This document shows, piece by piece, positions 21,139 through 30,837 of a stretch of DNA of 64,000 bases. Under the pieces are notes generated by a model that had not been told where the DNA came from, searched no databases, and saw only the letters and a list, made by a program, of their open reading frames with translations. Source of the stretch: Solirubrobacteraceae bacterium (GTDB lineage: Bacteria > Actinomycetota > Thermoleophilia > Solirubrobacterales > Solirubrobacteraceae); NCBI GenBank assembly GCA_035632775.1, contig DASQGE010000014.1, positions 13,705-77,704 on the forward strand. The letters are read 5' to 3'. Every line of letters begins with the position of its first letter. Position 1 is the first letter of the stretch. The position numbers and the translations under genes were made by a program.

Positions 21139-23010
21139 ATGCGTAATTGGAATCGGTCCGGGATGGTTCTGGGCAGCGTAGTTGCGGGAGCGCTGCTGCT
21201 CGGCGCACCCCTTACGAGCGCGAGCGCCACCCCGGGTGTCCACAACGGGCCCGGCGGCGAGACCGACGTCGACGCCTGCTCGGCCGCCGTGTCCGTCGGC
21301 TACGCGCACTGTCTTGCGCACTTCCGCACAGACGCATGGGCGAGGAGCCGCCGGCCGGTGGCGCGGGGGATCCGGCCGCCGGCGGCCACGCTCGGGAACA
21401 GCGGCGCCTACGATCCCGCCTTCCTGCGATCGGCGTACGACACACCGTCCGCGACGGGCGGCGTCGGGCAGACCGTGGCGATCGTCGACGCCTATGACGA
21501 TCCCAACGCGTACAACGACATGGCCTACTACCGCTCCTTCTTCGGGCTTCCGGCCTGCTCGAGCTCAAGCGGATGCTTCCAGAAGGTCAACGAGAGCGGC
21601 GGGACGAGCAGCTATCCGTCCCGCAGCCCGAGCTGGGGGCAGGAGATCTCGCTCGACCTCGACATGGTCAGCGCCATCTGCCCCAACTGCCACATCCTGC
21701 TCGTCGAGGCGAGCACGAACTCCCTGGCAGACCTCGGCACGGCCGTGAACACGGCGGTCAAACTCGGAGCGAACGTGGTCACCAACAGCTACGGCGGCAG
21801 CGAGTACTCGGCGGAGACAAGCGACGCCACGGCGTATTACGCCCATGCGGGCGTGGCGATCACCGCGGCGTCAGGCGACAGTGGCTACGGCGTGGAGTTT
21901 CCCGCCGCGTCCCCCACCGTCACCGCAGTCGGAGGCACAACGCTGTATCAGGCCACGAACACGGGCGCGCGCAACGCGACCGAGGAAGCGTGGAGCGGAG
22001 CGGGCAGCGGCTGCAGCGCCTACGAGTCCCAGCAGAAGTGGCAGCTGGCGCTCGTACAGGAATACAGCCTGCTGGGGTGCAACGCGCGCATCGTCGCCGA
22101 CGCCTCCGCCGTGGCGAACCCGAGCACCGGGGTGTGGGTGTATGACACGTACTCGAATCCCGGCTTTGAGATCTTCGGAGGCACGAGCGTATCCGCGCAG
22201 ATCGTGGGCGCCGTGTACGCGCTGGCGGACAACGCGGCTCCGGCCGGCGAACCGAGCGCCTACCCCTACGGCGATCCGGCCGCCCTCAACTACATCCACG
22301 CCGGGAGCAACAGCGCCTGCGGAACGTATCTCTGCAACGCCGCAGACTCCGAACACTACAACGGGCCGACGGGGCTGGGAACGCCCAACGGCACCGCCGC
22401 CTTCACGGGCTCCAGCTCGCCGCCCTCCGGCCCGCCGAGCGCTCCGACCGGCCTGACGGCCAAGGCGGGAAACGCCCAAGTGCGCCTGTCGTGGAGCGCC
22501 CCCGGCTCGACCGGCGGCGCGGCGGTGTCATACCAGGTGTTCCGCGGCACGAGCGCCGGGGGTGAGGCCACGACGCCCATCGCCACGGGCGTGACGAGCA
22601 CCAGCTTCACCGACAGCGGCCTGACCAACGGGACGGCGTACTACTACACGGTCAAGGCGGTCAACTCGGCCGGCGGCAGCGAAGCCTCCAACGAGGCGTC
22701 GGCCACGCCGGCGGCGCTGCCCGGCGCTCCACGGAACCTGACCGCCGCGACCTCCTCGACGAGGGGCGTCGCGCTCGCGTGGAGCGCGCCCGCCTCCAAC
22801 GGGGGAGCCGCCGTAGCCGGATACGTGCTCTACCGCGGCACACGGTCCGGTCGCGAGACCGTCTACGGATCGGTCAGCTGCAGCGCGGCCTCCTGCACGT
22901 ACAACGACAGCGCGACCAGGTCGGGCACCACCTACTACTACACGGTGGCCGCCGTCAATACGGTGGGAACCGGCCCCCAGTCGAACCAGGCGTCGGCCAG
23001 GGCCAGATAG
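21139..23010 (+). CDS. Secreted S53 (sedolisin) peptidase with two C-terminal FN3 domains
   Basis: Signal peptide; catalytic E/D in QEISLDLD, oxyanion SGDSG, GGTSVS serine and YNGPTGLGTP. Two PSAPTGL/PGAPRNL..Y.YTV.AVN FN3 repeats. Confidence 0.9.
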   Translation: MRNWNRSGMVLGSVVAGALLLGAPLTSASATPGVHNGPGGETDVDACSAAVSVGYAHCLAHFRTDAWARSRRPVARGIRPPAATLGNSGAYDPAFLRSAYDTPSATGGVGQTVAIVDAYDDPNAYNDMAYYRSFFGLPACSSSSGCFQKVNESGGTSSYPSRSPSWGQEISLDLDMVSAICPNCHILLVEASTNSLADLGTAVNTAVKLGANVVTNSYGGSEYSAETSDATAYYAHAGVAITAASGDSGYGVEFPAASPTVTAVGGTTLYQATNTGARNATEEAWSGAGSGCSAYESQQKWQLALVQEYSLLGCNARIVADASAVANPSTGVWVYDTYSNPGFEIFGGTSVSAQIVGAVYALADNAAPAGEPSAYPYGDPAALNYIHAGSNSACGTYLCNAADSEHYNGPTGLGTPNGTAAFTGSSSPPSGPPSAPTGLTAKAGNAQVRLSWSAPGSTGGAAVSYQVFRGTSAGGEATTPIATGVTSTSFTDSGLTNGTAYYYTVKAVNSAGGSEASNEASATPAALPGAPRNLTAATSSTRGVALAWSAPASNGGAAVAGYVLYRGTRSGRETVYGSVSCSAASCTYNDSATRSGTTYYYTVAAVNTVGTGPQSNQASARAR

Positions 23011-23073
23011 CCGGCCTGGCCGTCGGCCAGAGCGAGACAGCCGGCCTGCTCGGCGACCCGCTCGCACTCTCGC

Positions 23074-24054
23074 TCACCGCCGCGACCCCCGCGACCCGCG
23101 CTCCAGCAGCGCCGTGGCGGCGCTCGCCGGGTCCAGACGCCGGGCGACGACCTCGTCGATGAGCCGCTTGAACTCGGCGTCCCCCCGGAGCTCGTCCTCC
23201 AGGCGCCGGCGCATCCGGGCGGTGGCTATCGCGAGCACCTCGCTGCGCAGGTTGCGACTACGTCGCTCCTGCAGGGTGCCCGCGGCGAGGATGTGCGCGC
23301 GGTGCTCGTCCAGGCGCGCCACCAGCTCGGGGATGCCCGTCCCGTGGACCGCCTCGGTCTTGACGATCGGCACGCGCCAGCCGGCGCGCACCTCGTCCCC
23401 GGAGCGCTCGAGATTGGCCAGCGAGAGCACGCCGCGGATCTCGCGGACCATCGTGTCGGTGAGCGGATGATCGGCCTTGTTGATGACGATCACGTCGGGG
23501 ATCTCCATCACGCCGGCCTTGAGCGCCTGGATCGAGTCGCCGGAGCCGGGCATCAGCACGAGCACGATCGTGTCGGCGTGGTCGATGATGTCGATCTCGG
23601 CCTGGCCGACGCCGACGGTCTCGACGAACACGTCTTCGCGCCCGGCCGCGTCGAGCAGCAGGGCCGCCTGCAGCGCCGCCTCCGACAGGCCGCCGAGGGC
23701 GCCGCGGTTGGCCATCGAGCGGATGAACACGCCGGGGTCCAAGAAGTGCTCGCCCAGGCGGATGCGGTCGCCGAGCAGCGCCCCCTGGGTGAAGGGCGAG
23801 GAGGGGTCGATCGAGAGCACCCCCACCGTGCGCCCAGCCTCGCGCCTGGCCTTCGTCAGCGCTCCGATCAGCGTGGACTTGCCGACGCCCGGCGGCCCGG
23901 TGAAGCCGACGACCGCGGCCTTGCCGGTGTGCGGGTAGACCTCGCGCACGAGCGCCCAGCCCTCGGGGCGGTCGTCCTCGACGAGCGAGATCCCACGCGC
24001 GAGCGCGCGGCGGTCGCCGGCGAGCAGGCGTTGGGCGAGCGTTGCGTCGGTCAT
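23074..24054 (-). CDS. meaB: Methylmalonyl-CoA mutase-associated GTPase
   Basis: Motifs GFTGPPGVGKST, IDPSSPFTQGALLGDRIR, FIRSMA, ETVGVGQAE and KAGVMEIPD. Confidence 0.95.
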   Translation of the reverse strand: MTDATLAQRLLAGDRRALARGISLVEDDRPEGWALVREVYPHTGKAAVVGFTGPPGVGKSTLIGALTKARREAGRTVGVLSIDPSSPFTQGALLGDRIRLGEHFLDPGVFIRSMANRGALGGLSEAALQAALLLDAAGREDVFVETVGVGQAEIDIIDHADTIVLVLMPGSGDSIQALKAGVMEIPDVIVINKADHPLTDTMVREIRGVLSLANLERSGDEVRAGWRVPIVKTEAVHGTGIPELVARLDEHRAHILAAGTLQERRSRNLRSEVLAIATARMRRRLEDELRGDAEFKRLIDEVVARRLDPASAATALLERGSRGSRR

Positions 24055-24092
24055 CGCGGCGCAATCATCGCAGGGCACTACGATGCGACGCG

Positions 24093-24785
24093 ATGGAGCC
24101 CTCGCTCGCCGATCCCGCCATGCAGGCGCCCTCCGAGGAGATCGCAGACGCGCTGCGGCGGGCGCCCGAGAAGCTGCACGGCGGGCCGTTGACGCTGCTG
24201 CGGTTCATGCGCGCGAACAACATGCTCAGCCGCCACTACGCGAGGCTGCTGGTGCGCTACGCGCTGCTTCGGCTGCGCTTCGGAAAGCGCCTGCAGACGG
24301 ACGGGATCTGCTTCGTCTGCCCGGGCGTGAAGCTCGAGATCGGACCAGCGGCGACGCTTCGCATCGGCCGCTGGGCGTGGATCGGGCACGGCAGCAAGAT
24401 CAGGGTGCACGAGGGCGAGGTCAGCATCGGCGCGAAGACGGTGATGGGCCAGGAGTGCACCATCTCGGCATACCAGCGCGTGGAGATCGGGCGCGAGTGC
24501 ATCGTCGCCGACCGCGTGATGCTGATCGACTTCGACCACGGCATCGTCGAGGTCGAGCGGCCGATCCGGCTGCAGGGCATCTACAAGCGCGACATCCGGG
24601 TCGGGCACAACGTCTGGATCGGCTACGGCGCCTGCATCCTGCGCGGGGTGAGCGTCGGGGACAACAGCATCGTGGGTACGAGCGCGGTCGTGACCGGGGA
24701 CGTGCCGGAGAACGCGATCGTGGGGGGCATCCCGGCGCGGGTGATCCGCATGCGCGAGGCGCCCCGCTCGATGCGCTGGGAGTGA
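24093..24785 (+). CDS. Hexapeptide-repeat (LbH) O-acetyltransferase, Rv3034c-like
   Basis: IGRWAWIGHGSKIRVHEGEVSIG, DFDH...PIRLQGIYKRDIRVG..VWIG and VGGIPARVI resemble recalled M. tuberculosis Rv3034c motifs. Confidence 0.85.
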   Translation: MEPSLADPAMQAPSEEIADALRRAPEKLHGGPLTLLRFMRANNMLSRHYARLLVRYALLRLRFGKRLQTDGICFVCPGVKLEIGPAATLRIGRWAWIGHGSKIRVHEGEVSIGAKTVMGQECTISAYQRVEIGRECIVADRVMLIDFDHGIVEVERPIRLQGIYKRDIRVGHNVWIGYGACILRGVSVGDNSIVGTSAVVTGDVPENAIVGGIPARVIRMREAPRSMRWE

Positions 24786-24813
24786 GCGGTCATATGCGCC
24801 GGGGTGAGCGGGG

Positions 24814-26346
24814 TCACGGCGCGAGCAGCAGCGAAGGGTCGGCGTGGACGGCCAGCTCGCGCAGGCCGGTGAGATCCGCGCCGGGGCCTTCTTCGAGCGC
24901 GCGGGAGAGCGCGGCGCGATGCCCCTCGAAGCGCTCGCGGGCGTACGGGACGGCCAGGCCGCGAGAGACCATGAAGGCCCAGTCGCTCGACTGCAGCGCG
25001 AGCAGCTCGCGGACGGCGGCCGGGCCCGCGATCCCCGACACGGCCGCGGCCAGCGTCTGCAGCTCGGCCGCGCGCGCGGCGAACGCCAGCTCGGCGACGG
25101 CTGGACCGGACCAGGTGCCCAGGTCGTTGTCCCGGCCCCAGCTGCTGGGCGGCGAGTCCTCCCAGGTCCACGCTCGCTCCGAGCCGGCGCGCGCCTCCGC
25201 GGGCGCGCGCAGCTCGGCGACGGGCAGAGGCTCGAAGCGCTCTATGGCGTCGTCGAGGCGCACGAGCTCGAGGCCCCGAGCGGCGCTCTCGGAGATGACG
25301 GCCTGCAGCCAGGCGAGCCCCTCGTACCACCAGTGCCCCAGCAGCTCGGTGTCGAGCGCGCACACGGCGAGCCCGCCGCCGGGCAGCCCGGCGCCCTCGC
25401 CGGCCAGGCGCTGCAGCGTGCGATCGACGAAGTCCGCGGCGTGCAGCCGTGCGCGCGAGCGCGCGCGCTCGAAGTCGTAGCCCTCGCCGCCGTTGGCCCA
25501 CGGGTTATGGTGGTGGACGGTATGGCGGTGGTAGTCGCGGTAGACGTCGTCCGCGGGATAGCCCGAGTCGCTCCACACGAGCGAGATCAGCGAGCGGTCG
25601 ATCGGGAAGAGCACGATGCCCGAGTCGGACAGCAGCGGCCGCAGGTTCTCGCGCGCGGCGCGTCCGAGGCGGCGGGTGAGCTCCACGCAGGTGGCACGCA
25701 CGCCCGCGGCCGCGAGGATCGGCTCCAGATGGGGCGCATGGGCGCACTCGGGCAGCCAGAAGCCGCCTCGCCAGCCCTGGTCGAAGCGGCTGCGATGGGA
25801 GGCGATGCCGGTCTGCGCCTGCAGACGCGCGCAGGCGTCGGTCGCCAGCAGCGGCAGGACGGCGTGGGTGGCGGACGAGGTCCAGGAGACGTGCGGCGAG
25901 AGCGCTCCCAGCAACTCGCCGCCGCGCGCGGCGAAGCGCTCGAGGGCGTGCTCGTAGTCCGCGCTCCACGCGCGCTGCAGCTCGGCGGCGAGCTTTGGAT
26001 GGCCGCCGGCGCGCAGCCCGGCGGCGTCCTCCCCATGGGTGAACCGGCGGGTCTCCTGCACGAAGCGGCGGAAGCGCTCCTCCAGGCCGGGCGCGGAGAG
26101 CTGGTCACAGAGGACGGGCGTGAGCGAGAGCGTCAGCGGCGCATCGCCCGAGTCGAGCAGGTCGAGCAGGGGCAGGTAGCAGCCGCAGATCGCCTCCCAC
26201 AGCCACTCCTCCCCGAACGGCCAGGTGCCGAACGACTCGACGTAGGGCATGTGGGTGTGCAGCACGATCGCCAGCGCGCCACTCGCGCGCGCGCCGCGTC
26301 CGGGCCGCGGGCCGGACGCGGCCGAGCCCCCGCCCGGGCTGCTCAC
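24814..26346 (-). CDS. GH57 1,4-alpha-glucan branching enzyme (DUF1957), Rv3031-like
   Basis: Motifs IVLHTHMPYV, GEEWLWEA, ATHAVLPL, GFWLPECA, DTELLGHWWYEG and ELLALQSSDWAF. GTG 26346 overlaps the methyltransferase stop (GTGA). Confidence 0.9.
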   Translation of the reverse strand: MSSPGGGSAASGPRPGRGARASGALAIVLHTHMPYVESFGTWPFGEEWLWEAICGCYLPLLDLLDSGDAPLTLSLTPVLCDQLSAPGLEERFRRFVQETRRFTHGEDAAGLRAGGHPKLAAELQRAWSADYEHALERFAARGGELLGALSPHVSWTSSATHAVLPLLATDACARLQAQTGIASHRSRFDQGWRGGFWLPECAHAPHLEPILAAAGVRATCVELTRRLGRAARENLRPLLSDSGIVLFPIDRSLISLVWSDSGYPADDVYRDYHRHTVHHHNPWANGGEGYDFERARSRARLHAADFVDRTLQRLAGEGAGLPGGGLAVCALDTELLGHWWYEGLAWLQAVISESAARGLELVRLDDAIERFEPLPVAELRAPAEARAGSERAWTWEDSPPSSWGRDNDLGTWSGPAVAELAFAARAAELQTLAAAVSGIAGPAAVRELLALQSSDWAFMVSRGLAVPYARERFEGHRAALSRALEEGPGADLTGLRELAVHADPSLLLAP

Positions 26347-27134
26347 GGCCGGCAGACCGCGACGAAGTCGAGCGCCCGATCCAGCTCGGCAGAGGCGGCC
26401 GGGCGCAGCCTGAAGTCGGACGCGGCGATCGCCGGGGTGAAGCGGTCGTAGAAGAGACGCGTCACGCCCAGGCGCCGATGGACGGGGTCCCAGCCGGCGC
26501 GGAGCGCGAGCTCGTGCACGCGCAGCTTGCGCGCGTGAAAGAGCCCGTGGAGCTCCACGGAGGGAAAGACGCCGCGACAGAGTCGCTCGAACTCCTCCGC
26601 GCGGTACTCGTGGACGTGCCACGGGTTGTCCGAGCGCGCGGCCCCCTGCGGCGCGAGCGTGAGCACGTTGGGCGTGGAGACGAAGACGGTCCCCACGTCA
26701 CCCACCAGCGAGCCGAAGTGCTCGAGCACCGAGGCGGGGTTCTGGACGTGCTCGATCGTCTGCAGGAACACGACGGAGTCGGCCGGCTGGCAGAACGTCT
26801 CGACCAGGTCCCGCACGAAGCGGAGATTGGGACGGGTGTAGCGCAGGCGGGCGTGCTCGAACGCTTCGGGGTTGGCGTCGATCCCTACGACCTCGGCGGC
26901 GACGCGCGCGAGCAGATCCGAGCCATAGCCCTCGCCGCAGGCCATGTCGAGCACGCGCAGCCCCTCCACGCGCGCCGCGATCCACTCATACACCGCGAGG
27001 TGGCGGCGAAACCAGTAGTTCTCGGCCGGAACGTCCGGGAGGGTGCGCTCTCCCGTGAGCGCGAGCGGCGGCACGCCGGGAGGCTGGTCGCGCTGCTCGT
27101 GAGGGTTGGCCCCTAAAAGGGACGAAGCGGCCAC
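26343..27134 (-). CDS. Class I SAM-dependent methyltransferase, Rv3030-like
   Basis: LALTGERTLPDVPAENYWFRRHLAVYE, VLDMACGEGYG, FLQTIEH and VSTPN..NPWHVHEY resemble recalled Rv3030 motifs. Confidence 0.87.
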   Translation of the reverse strand: MAASSLLGANPHEQRDQPPGVPPLALTGERTLPDVPAENYWFRRHLAVYEWIAARVEGLRVLDMACGEGYGSDLLARVAAEVVGIDANPEAFEHARLRYTRPNLRFVRDLVETFCQPADSVVFLQTIEHVQNPASVLEHFGSLVGDVGTVFVSTPNVLTLAPQGAARSDNPWHVHEYRAEEFERLCRGVFPSVELHGLFHARKLRVHELALRAGWDPVHRRLGVTRLFYDRFTPAIAASDFRLRPAASAELDRALDFVAVCRP

Positions 27135-27169
27135 GGCGCGCGAGTATACGAGCGCTAGTGTCTGCCGCC

Positions 27170-28444
27170 ATGCTCGGCCTCAGGCACGCCCGCCACATCC
27201 CACCGCCGCGCGCTTCCCGGACCGCGAGGCTCGCGGCGACGCTCGGCGCCGCCGCGGCGACGCTGATCGCGCTGGCGGGCTGTGGCAAGGCGGCCCCCGA
27301 ACAGCAGAGCGGCGCGGGCGTCGAAACGGTCGTGGTGAAGATCGGCGCGGCGGGCACGGCGGCCACGGCCACGCGCAACACGACACGGCTGGGCGGCGCC
27401 GACGCCGTGGCCGACGCCGCCGCGGTCGCACGGGCGGCCTACCCGGGCTTGACGGCTGACACCCGCCCGCAGGCCGTGGTCCTCGCCGACACGGGCGACT
27501 GGCCGGCGGCGCTCGCCGCCTCCGCGCTGGCGAGCGCGCCGCTGGGCGCGCCGCTGCTGTACGCCGAAGGGCAGAAGCTGGGGCAGGCGAGCGTGCGTGC
27601 GCTGCATGCGCTGCGCCCGACGGGAGCGAGCGCGCTCGGCGGCGCGCAGGCGCTGTTGCTGGGCGCGTCGATCGAAGCTCCCAGCGGCTACCGCGCGCGC
27701 GGGACAAGCCTCCGCGACCCCTATTCGCTGGCGGCGTCGGTCGCGCAGCTGCTCGCGATCGTGCGCGGAGCGAGCCCCCGTCAGGCGATCGTCGTGGCCG
27801 CGGACGGGCCACCGGCGCTGGCGATGCCCGCGGCGGGACTGGCGGCCGAGAGCGGCGCGCCGATCCTGTTCGTGACCGCAAGCGGCGTCCCGGCGGCGAC
27901 CGCCGCGGCGCTGAAGAGCCTCGGCCGGCCGGCGATCTACACCGTCGGGTCCACGGCGATCGGCGAACGGACGCTCGCCCAGCTCGGGAGGTTCGGCACG
28001 GTCAAGCGTGTCGAGTCCAGGGCGGGCGAAGACGCCACCGCGGCGGGCAACGCGATCGCGGTCTCGCGCTTCACCGACGGATCGTTCGGCTGGGGGGTCC
28101 TGGAACCGGGACACGGGCTCGTGTTCGCCAACGCGGGGCGCCCGTTCGACGCGCCCGCGGCGGCGATCCTGTCCGCCACGGGGGACTACGCGCCGCTGCT
28201 GCTGCTCGAAGACGCCGGCCGGGTGGGGCCCGCGCTGGGCTCCTACCTGAGCGACATCCAGCCGGCCGCGCCCCGATCGCAGCCGGCCAGGGGCGTCTAC
28301 AATCACGGCTGGCTGATCGGCGACGAGCGCGCGATCGCGCAGGGCACGCAGGCCGAGCTCGACGCGCTGCTCGAGATCGCGCCGCACAGCTCGCCCGGCG
28401 AAGGCGCCCAGTCGGGCGAAGGACCGGTGGCCACGACAGGATGA
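27170..28444 (+). CDS. Lipoprotein with cell-wall-binding repeat 2 (CWB2)-like segments
   Basis: Lipobox LAGC; TRLGGADAVADAAAVA, WPAALAASALA..GAPLLY and GAPILFVT..VPAAT resemble CWB2 repeats. Confidence 0.68.
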   Translation: MLGLRHARHIPPPRASRTARLAATLGAAAATLIALAGCGKAAPEQQSGAGVETVVVKIGAAGTAATATRNTTRLGGADAVADAAAVARAAYPGLTADTRPQAVVLADTGDWPAALAASALASAPLGAPLLYAEGQKLGQASVRALHALRPTGASALGGAQALLLGASIEAPSGYRARGTSLRDPYSLAASVAQLLAIVRGASPRQAIVVAADGPPALAMPAAGLAAESGAPILFVTASGVPAATAAALKSLGRPAIYTVGSTAIGERTLAQLGRFGTVKRVESRAGEDATAAGNAIAVSRFTDGSFGWGVLEPGHGLVFANAGRPFDAPAAAILSATGDYAPLLLLEDAGRVGPALGSYLSDIQPAAPRSQPARGVYNHGWLIGDERAIAQGTQAELDALLEIAPHSSPGEGAQSGEGPVATTG

Positions 28445-28481
28445 TCCCCACACCACTCGACCACCCCCGTCCCACCTGCAC

Positions 28482-28775
28482 ATGAGTCAGGCCGAAGATT
28501 CCGACCTGCCGCGCTCCGGGCAGGCGCACGAAGTGACCGTCGAGGACGTGCGCCGGCTGATGGGCGCGTCCACCCCCCACTTCGCGCTGCAGCTGCGCGA
28601 CCGCATCGCGCGCCTGATAGCCGACCTCCCCCCGGACCACCCGGCGCGCGCGGAAGGGGAGCGCGAGATCGCCCGCCTGCAGCGCCTCGGGCTCGAAGGC
28701 GAGACGCGCGGCGAGGCGGCGGACACCGGCGAGCGGCCGCTGCCCTCGCTCGGGGCCTCCCTCAGCGCCGGCTGA
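28482..28775 (+). CDS. Small helical hypothetical protein
   Basis: Intergenic ORF with protein-like composition (VTVEDVRRLMGASTPHFALQLRDRI). Confidence 0.65.
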   Translation: MSQAEDSDLPRSGQAHEVTVEDVRRLMGASTPHFALQLRDRIARLIADLPPDHPARAEGEREIARLQRLGLEGETRGEAADTGERPLPSLGASLSAG

Positions 28776-29379
28776 TCACGCGCGCGCGGGCGGCGAGGAA
28801 GCGGGCGCGCCAGAGCTTGAAGAGCACGGCGAACAGCGCCACATCGACAGCGAGCAGGCCGACGTTGAACAGGCGCGGGACCGTCGTGAACGTGGACACG
28901 CCGAGCACGAGGACCGAGTCGAAGACGAGCACGGGCAGGAGCGCCAGCATCAGCGTGTGCGAGCGATAGCCGGCGCGATGCTCGCGCAGGACCACCTCGA
29001 ACGTGCCGAGCGCGACGGCCCCGAGACCCGCCAGCAGGACGGGGCCGCCGCTGGAAAGCCCGCCGCCGGAAGCCCGCTGCAGGCCGACGACCGTGCCGAT
29101 CGCCCCCACCAGGATCAGCATCTCCGACAGCGGCCATGGATGCCACGGCGCCTGCGGGCGCTCGCCCACGGACAGCGGATCCCTGAAGGGACGGGGCTCG
29201 CGCGCGGGCTTGCGCGCGCGGCGCGCGTCTCGCTTGATGGCGGTCTTCTGCGCTTCCTCCGATCCGGTGTCCCGTGTCCCGGCGGCGATCGCCTGCGACG
29301 CCTCCTGCGCTCCCACCTGGGCCGGGCGGCGCTTGCGGGAGCGCCCGCGACGACGATTCCTGCTGCGAGGGCTGGCCAC
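28762..29379 (-). CDS. Hypothetical membrane protein (about 4 TM) with an Arg-rich N-terminus
   Basis: Four hydrophobic segments after RPQAPWHPWPLSE. Confidence 0.65.
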   Translation of the reverse strand: MASPRSRNRRRGRSRKRRPAQVGAQEASQAIAAGTRDTGSEEAQKTAIKRDARRARKPAREPRPFRDPLSVGERPQAPWHPWPLSEMLILVGAIGTVVGLQRASGGGLSSGGPVLLAGLGAVALGTFEVVLREHRAGYRSHTLMLALLPVLVFDSVLVLGVSTFTTVPRLFNVGLLAVDVALFAVLFKLWRARFLAARARVISRR

Positions 29380-29502
29380 GGCGTCAGGCGCCAGACCGGG
29401 GTTCTACGCGCAGCCGCATGGGCGTCGATCGTAGCGCCATACGGCAAGTGCCCACGATGGCGACGAGCGGCTCCCATCGTGGGCGGCCCCTATGCTGGAC
29501 GC

Positions 29503-30837
29503 GTGTCCGCCTCCTCGTCGCCATCGCCCGTCCCGACGCCCGGCGGCGGGATCCCGGGCAGCGAGTTGCCGGGCCCGTACGGCGTTGGCGAGTACGCGGC
29601 GGCGCTGCGCGGCAAGCTGCGCTCGTTCGCGAAGGTGCAGCTCGTCGGCGAGCTGGTCAACCTGCGCCCCTCCAGGGCGCGCGTGTACTTCGAGCTGCGC
29701 GACGCGCGCGGCGCGATCCCCTGCGCGGTGTGGCTGAAGGACTGGGAGGCGATCCTCGCCCGCGCCGGCGAGTCCCCGGCCGAGGGGGTGCAGGTGGTGG
29801 TCGCCGGCGGCTGCGACTTCTATCCGGGCAGCGCGAGCGCCTCTCCGGGCTTCTCGTTCGCCGTCGGCGACCTGCGGGTCGCGGGCGAGGGCGACCTGCT
29901 CGCGCGCATCCAGCGCCTGCGCAAGCAGCTCGACGCCGAGGGACTGCTGACGCCGCAGAAGCTCTTGCCCAGACCGCTCCTGCCGCGCACCATCGGGGTC
30001 GTGACGGGCGAGGGCGGCAAGGCGCGCGACGACATCCTCGCGGCGCTCGCGCGGCGAGGCTGGGCGGGACGGATCGTGTGGGGGTTCGCGCCCGTGCAGG
30101 ATCGCCATGCGGCGCCCCTGATCGCGCGCGCGCTGGGAGACCTCGCGGCCCTCGGCGACGTCGATGTGGCGATCGTCGCGCGCGGGGGCGGCTCGCTGGC
30201 CGACCTGCTGTGCTTCTGCGAGGAGTCGCTGTGCCGCACCGTCGCGCTGCTGGCTGTGCCCGTGATCGCGTCGGTCGGGCACCACACCGACAGGACACTG
30301 CTCGACGACGTCGCGGCCGTCAGCTGCTCCACCCCCACGCACGCGGCCGAGGTCGCGGTCGGCTTGGACTGCGCGCGCGCTCGCATCGACCTTGCGCGGG
30401 CGGCAACGCGGGTGCGGGCGCAGGGGAGCAGGGCGGTGATCGCGCGGGCCCGGGCGCTCGGGGCACACTCGCGCGCGCCGTCCGCCCACCTCGCCCGCCA
30501 GCGCGCACGGCTGCACCAGCGCCTGCGCGAGGTCCGGGCCGGCTCGCGCCGGAGGATGCAGACCGAGCGCGAGCTGACCAGGCGGCATGCCCTGGTGCTC
30601 AAGCGAAAGGCCGATTCCGCCCTGCTGGACTGCCGCACGCGGCGTTCGCACGAGCTGCAGCGACTGGCGCTGGCGCTCGCGGGACACGATCCGCAGCGCA
30701 CGCTCGAGCGCGGGTACGCGCTCGTGCAGTCCGAGCACGGGGAGCCGATCGCCACCGCGGCCGCGGCGAGACGGGCGGGCGACGTCAGACTGCGCTTCGC
30801 CGACGACACGGTCCCGGCGAGGATCGCCGAGCGATGA
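29503..30837 (+). CDS. xseA: Exodeoxyribonuclease VII large subunit
   Basis: Motifs VYFELRD, PRTIGVVTG..GKARDDI, PVQ, IVARGGGSLADL, SVGHHTD.T.LD.VA and RTLERGYALV. TATGCT -10 box 6 nt before GTG 29503. Confidence 0.92.
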   Translation: MSASSSPSPVPTPGGGIPGSELPGPYGVGEYAAALRGKLRSFAKVQLVGELVNLRPSRARVYFELRDARGAIPCAVWLKDWEAILARAGESPAEGVQVVVAGGCDFYPGSASASPGFSFAVGDLRVAGEGDLLARIQRLRKQLDAEGLLTPQKLLPRPLLPRTIGVVTGEGGKARDDILAALARRGWAGRIVWGFAPVQDRHAAPLIARALGDLAALGDVDVAIVARGGGSLADLLCFCEESLCRTVALLAVPVIASVGHHTDRTLLDDVAAVSCSTPTHAAEVAVGLDCARARIDLARAATRVRAQGSRAVIARARALGAHSRAPSAHLARQRARLHQRLREVRAGSRRRMQTERELTRRHALVLKRKADSALLDCRTRRSHELQRLALALAGHDPQRTLERGYALVQSEHGEPIATAAAARRAGDVRLRFADDTVPARIAER

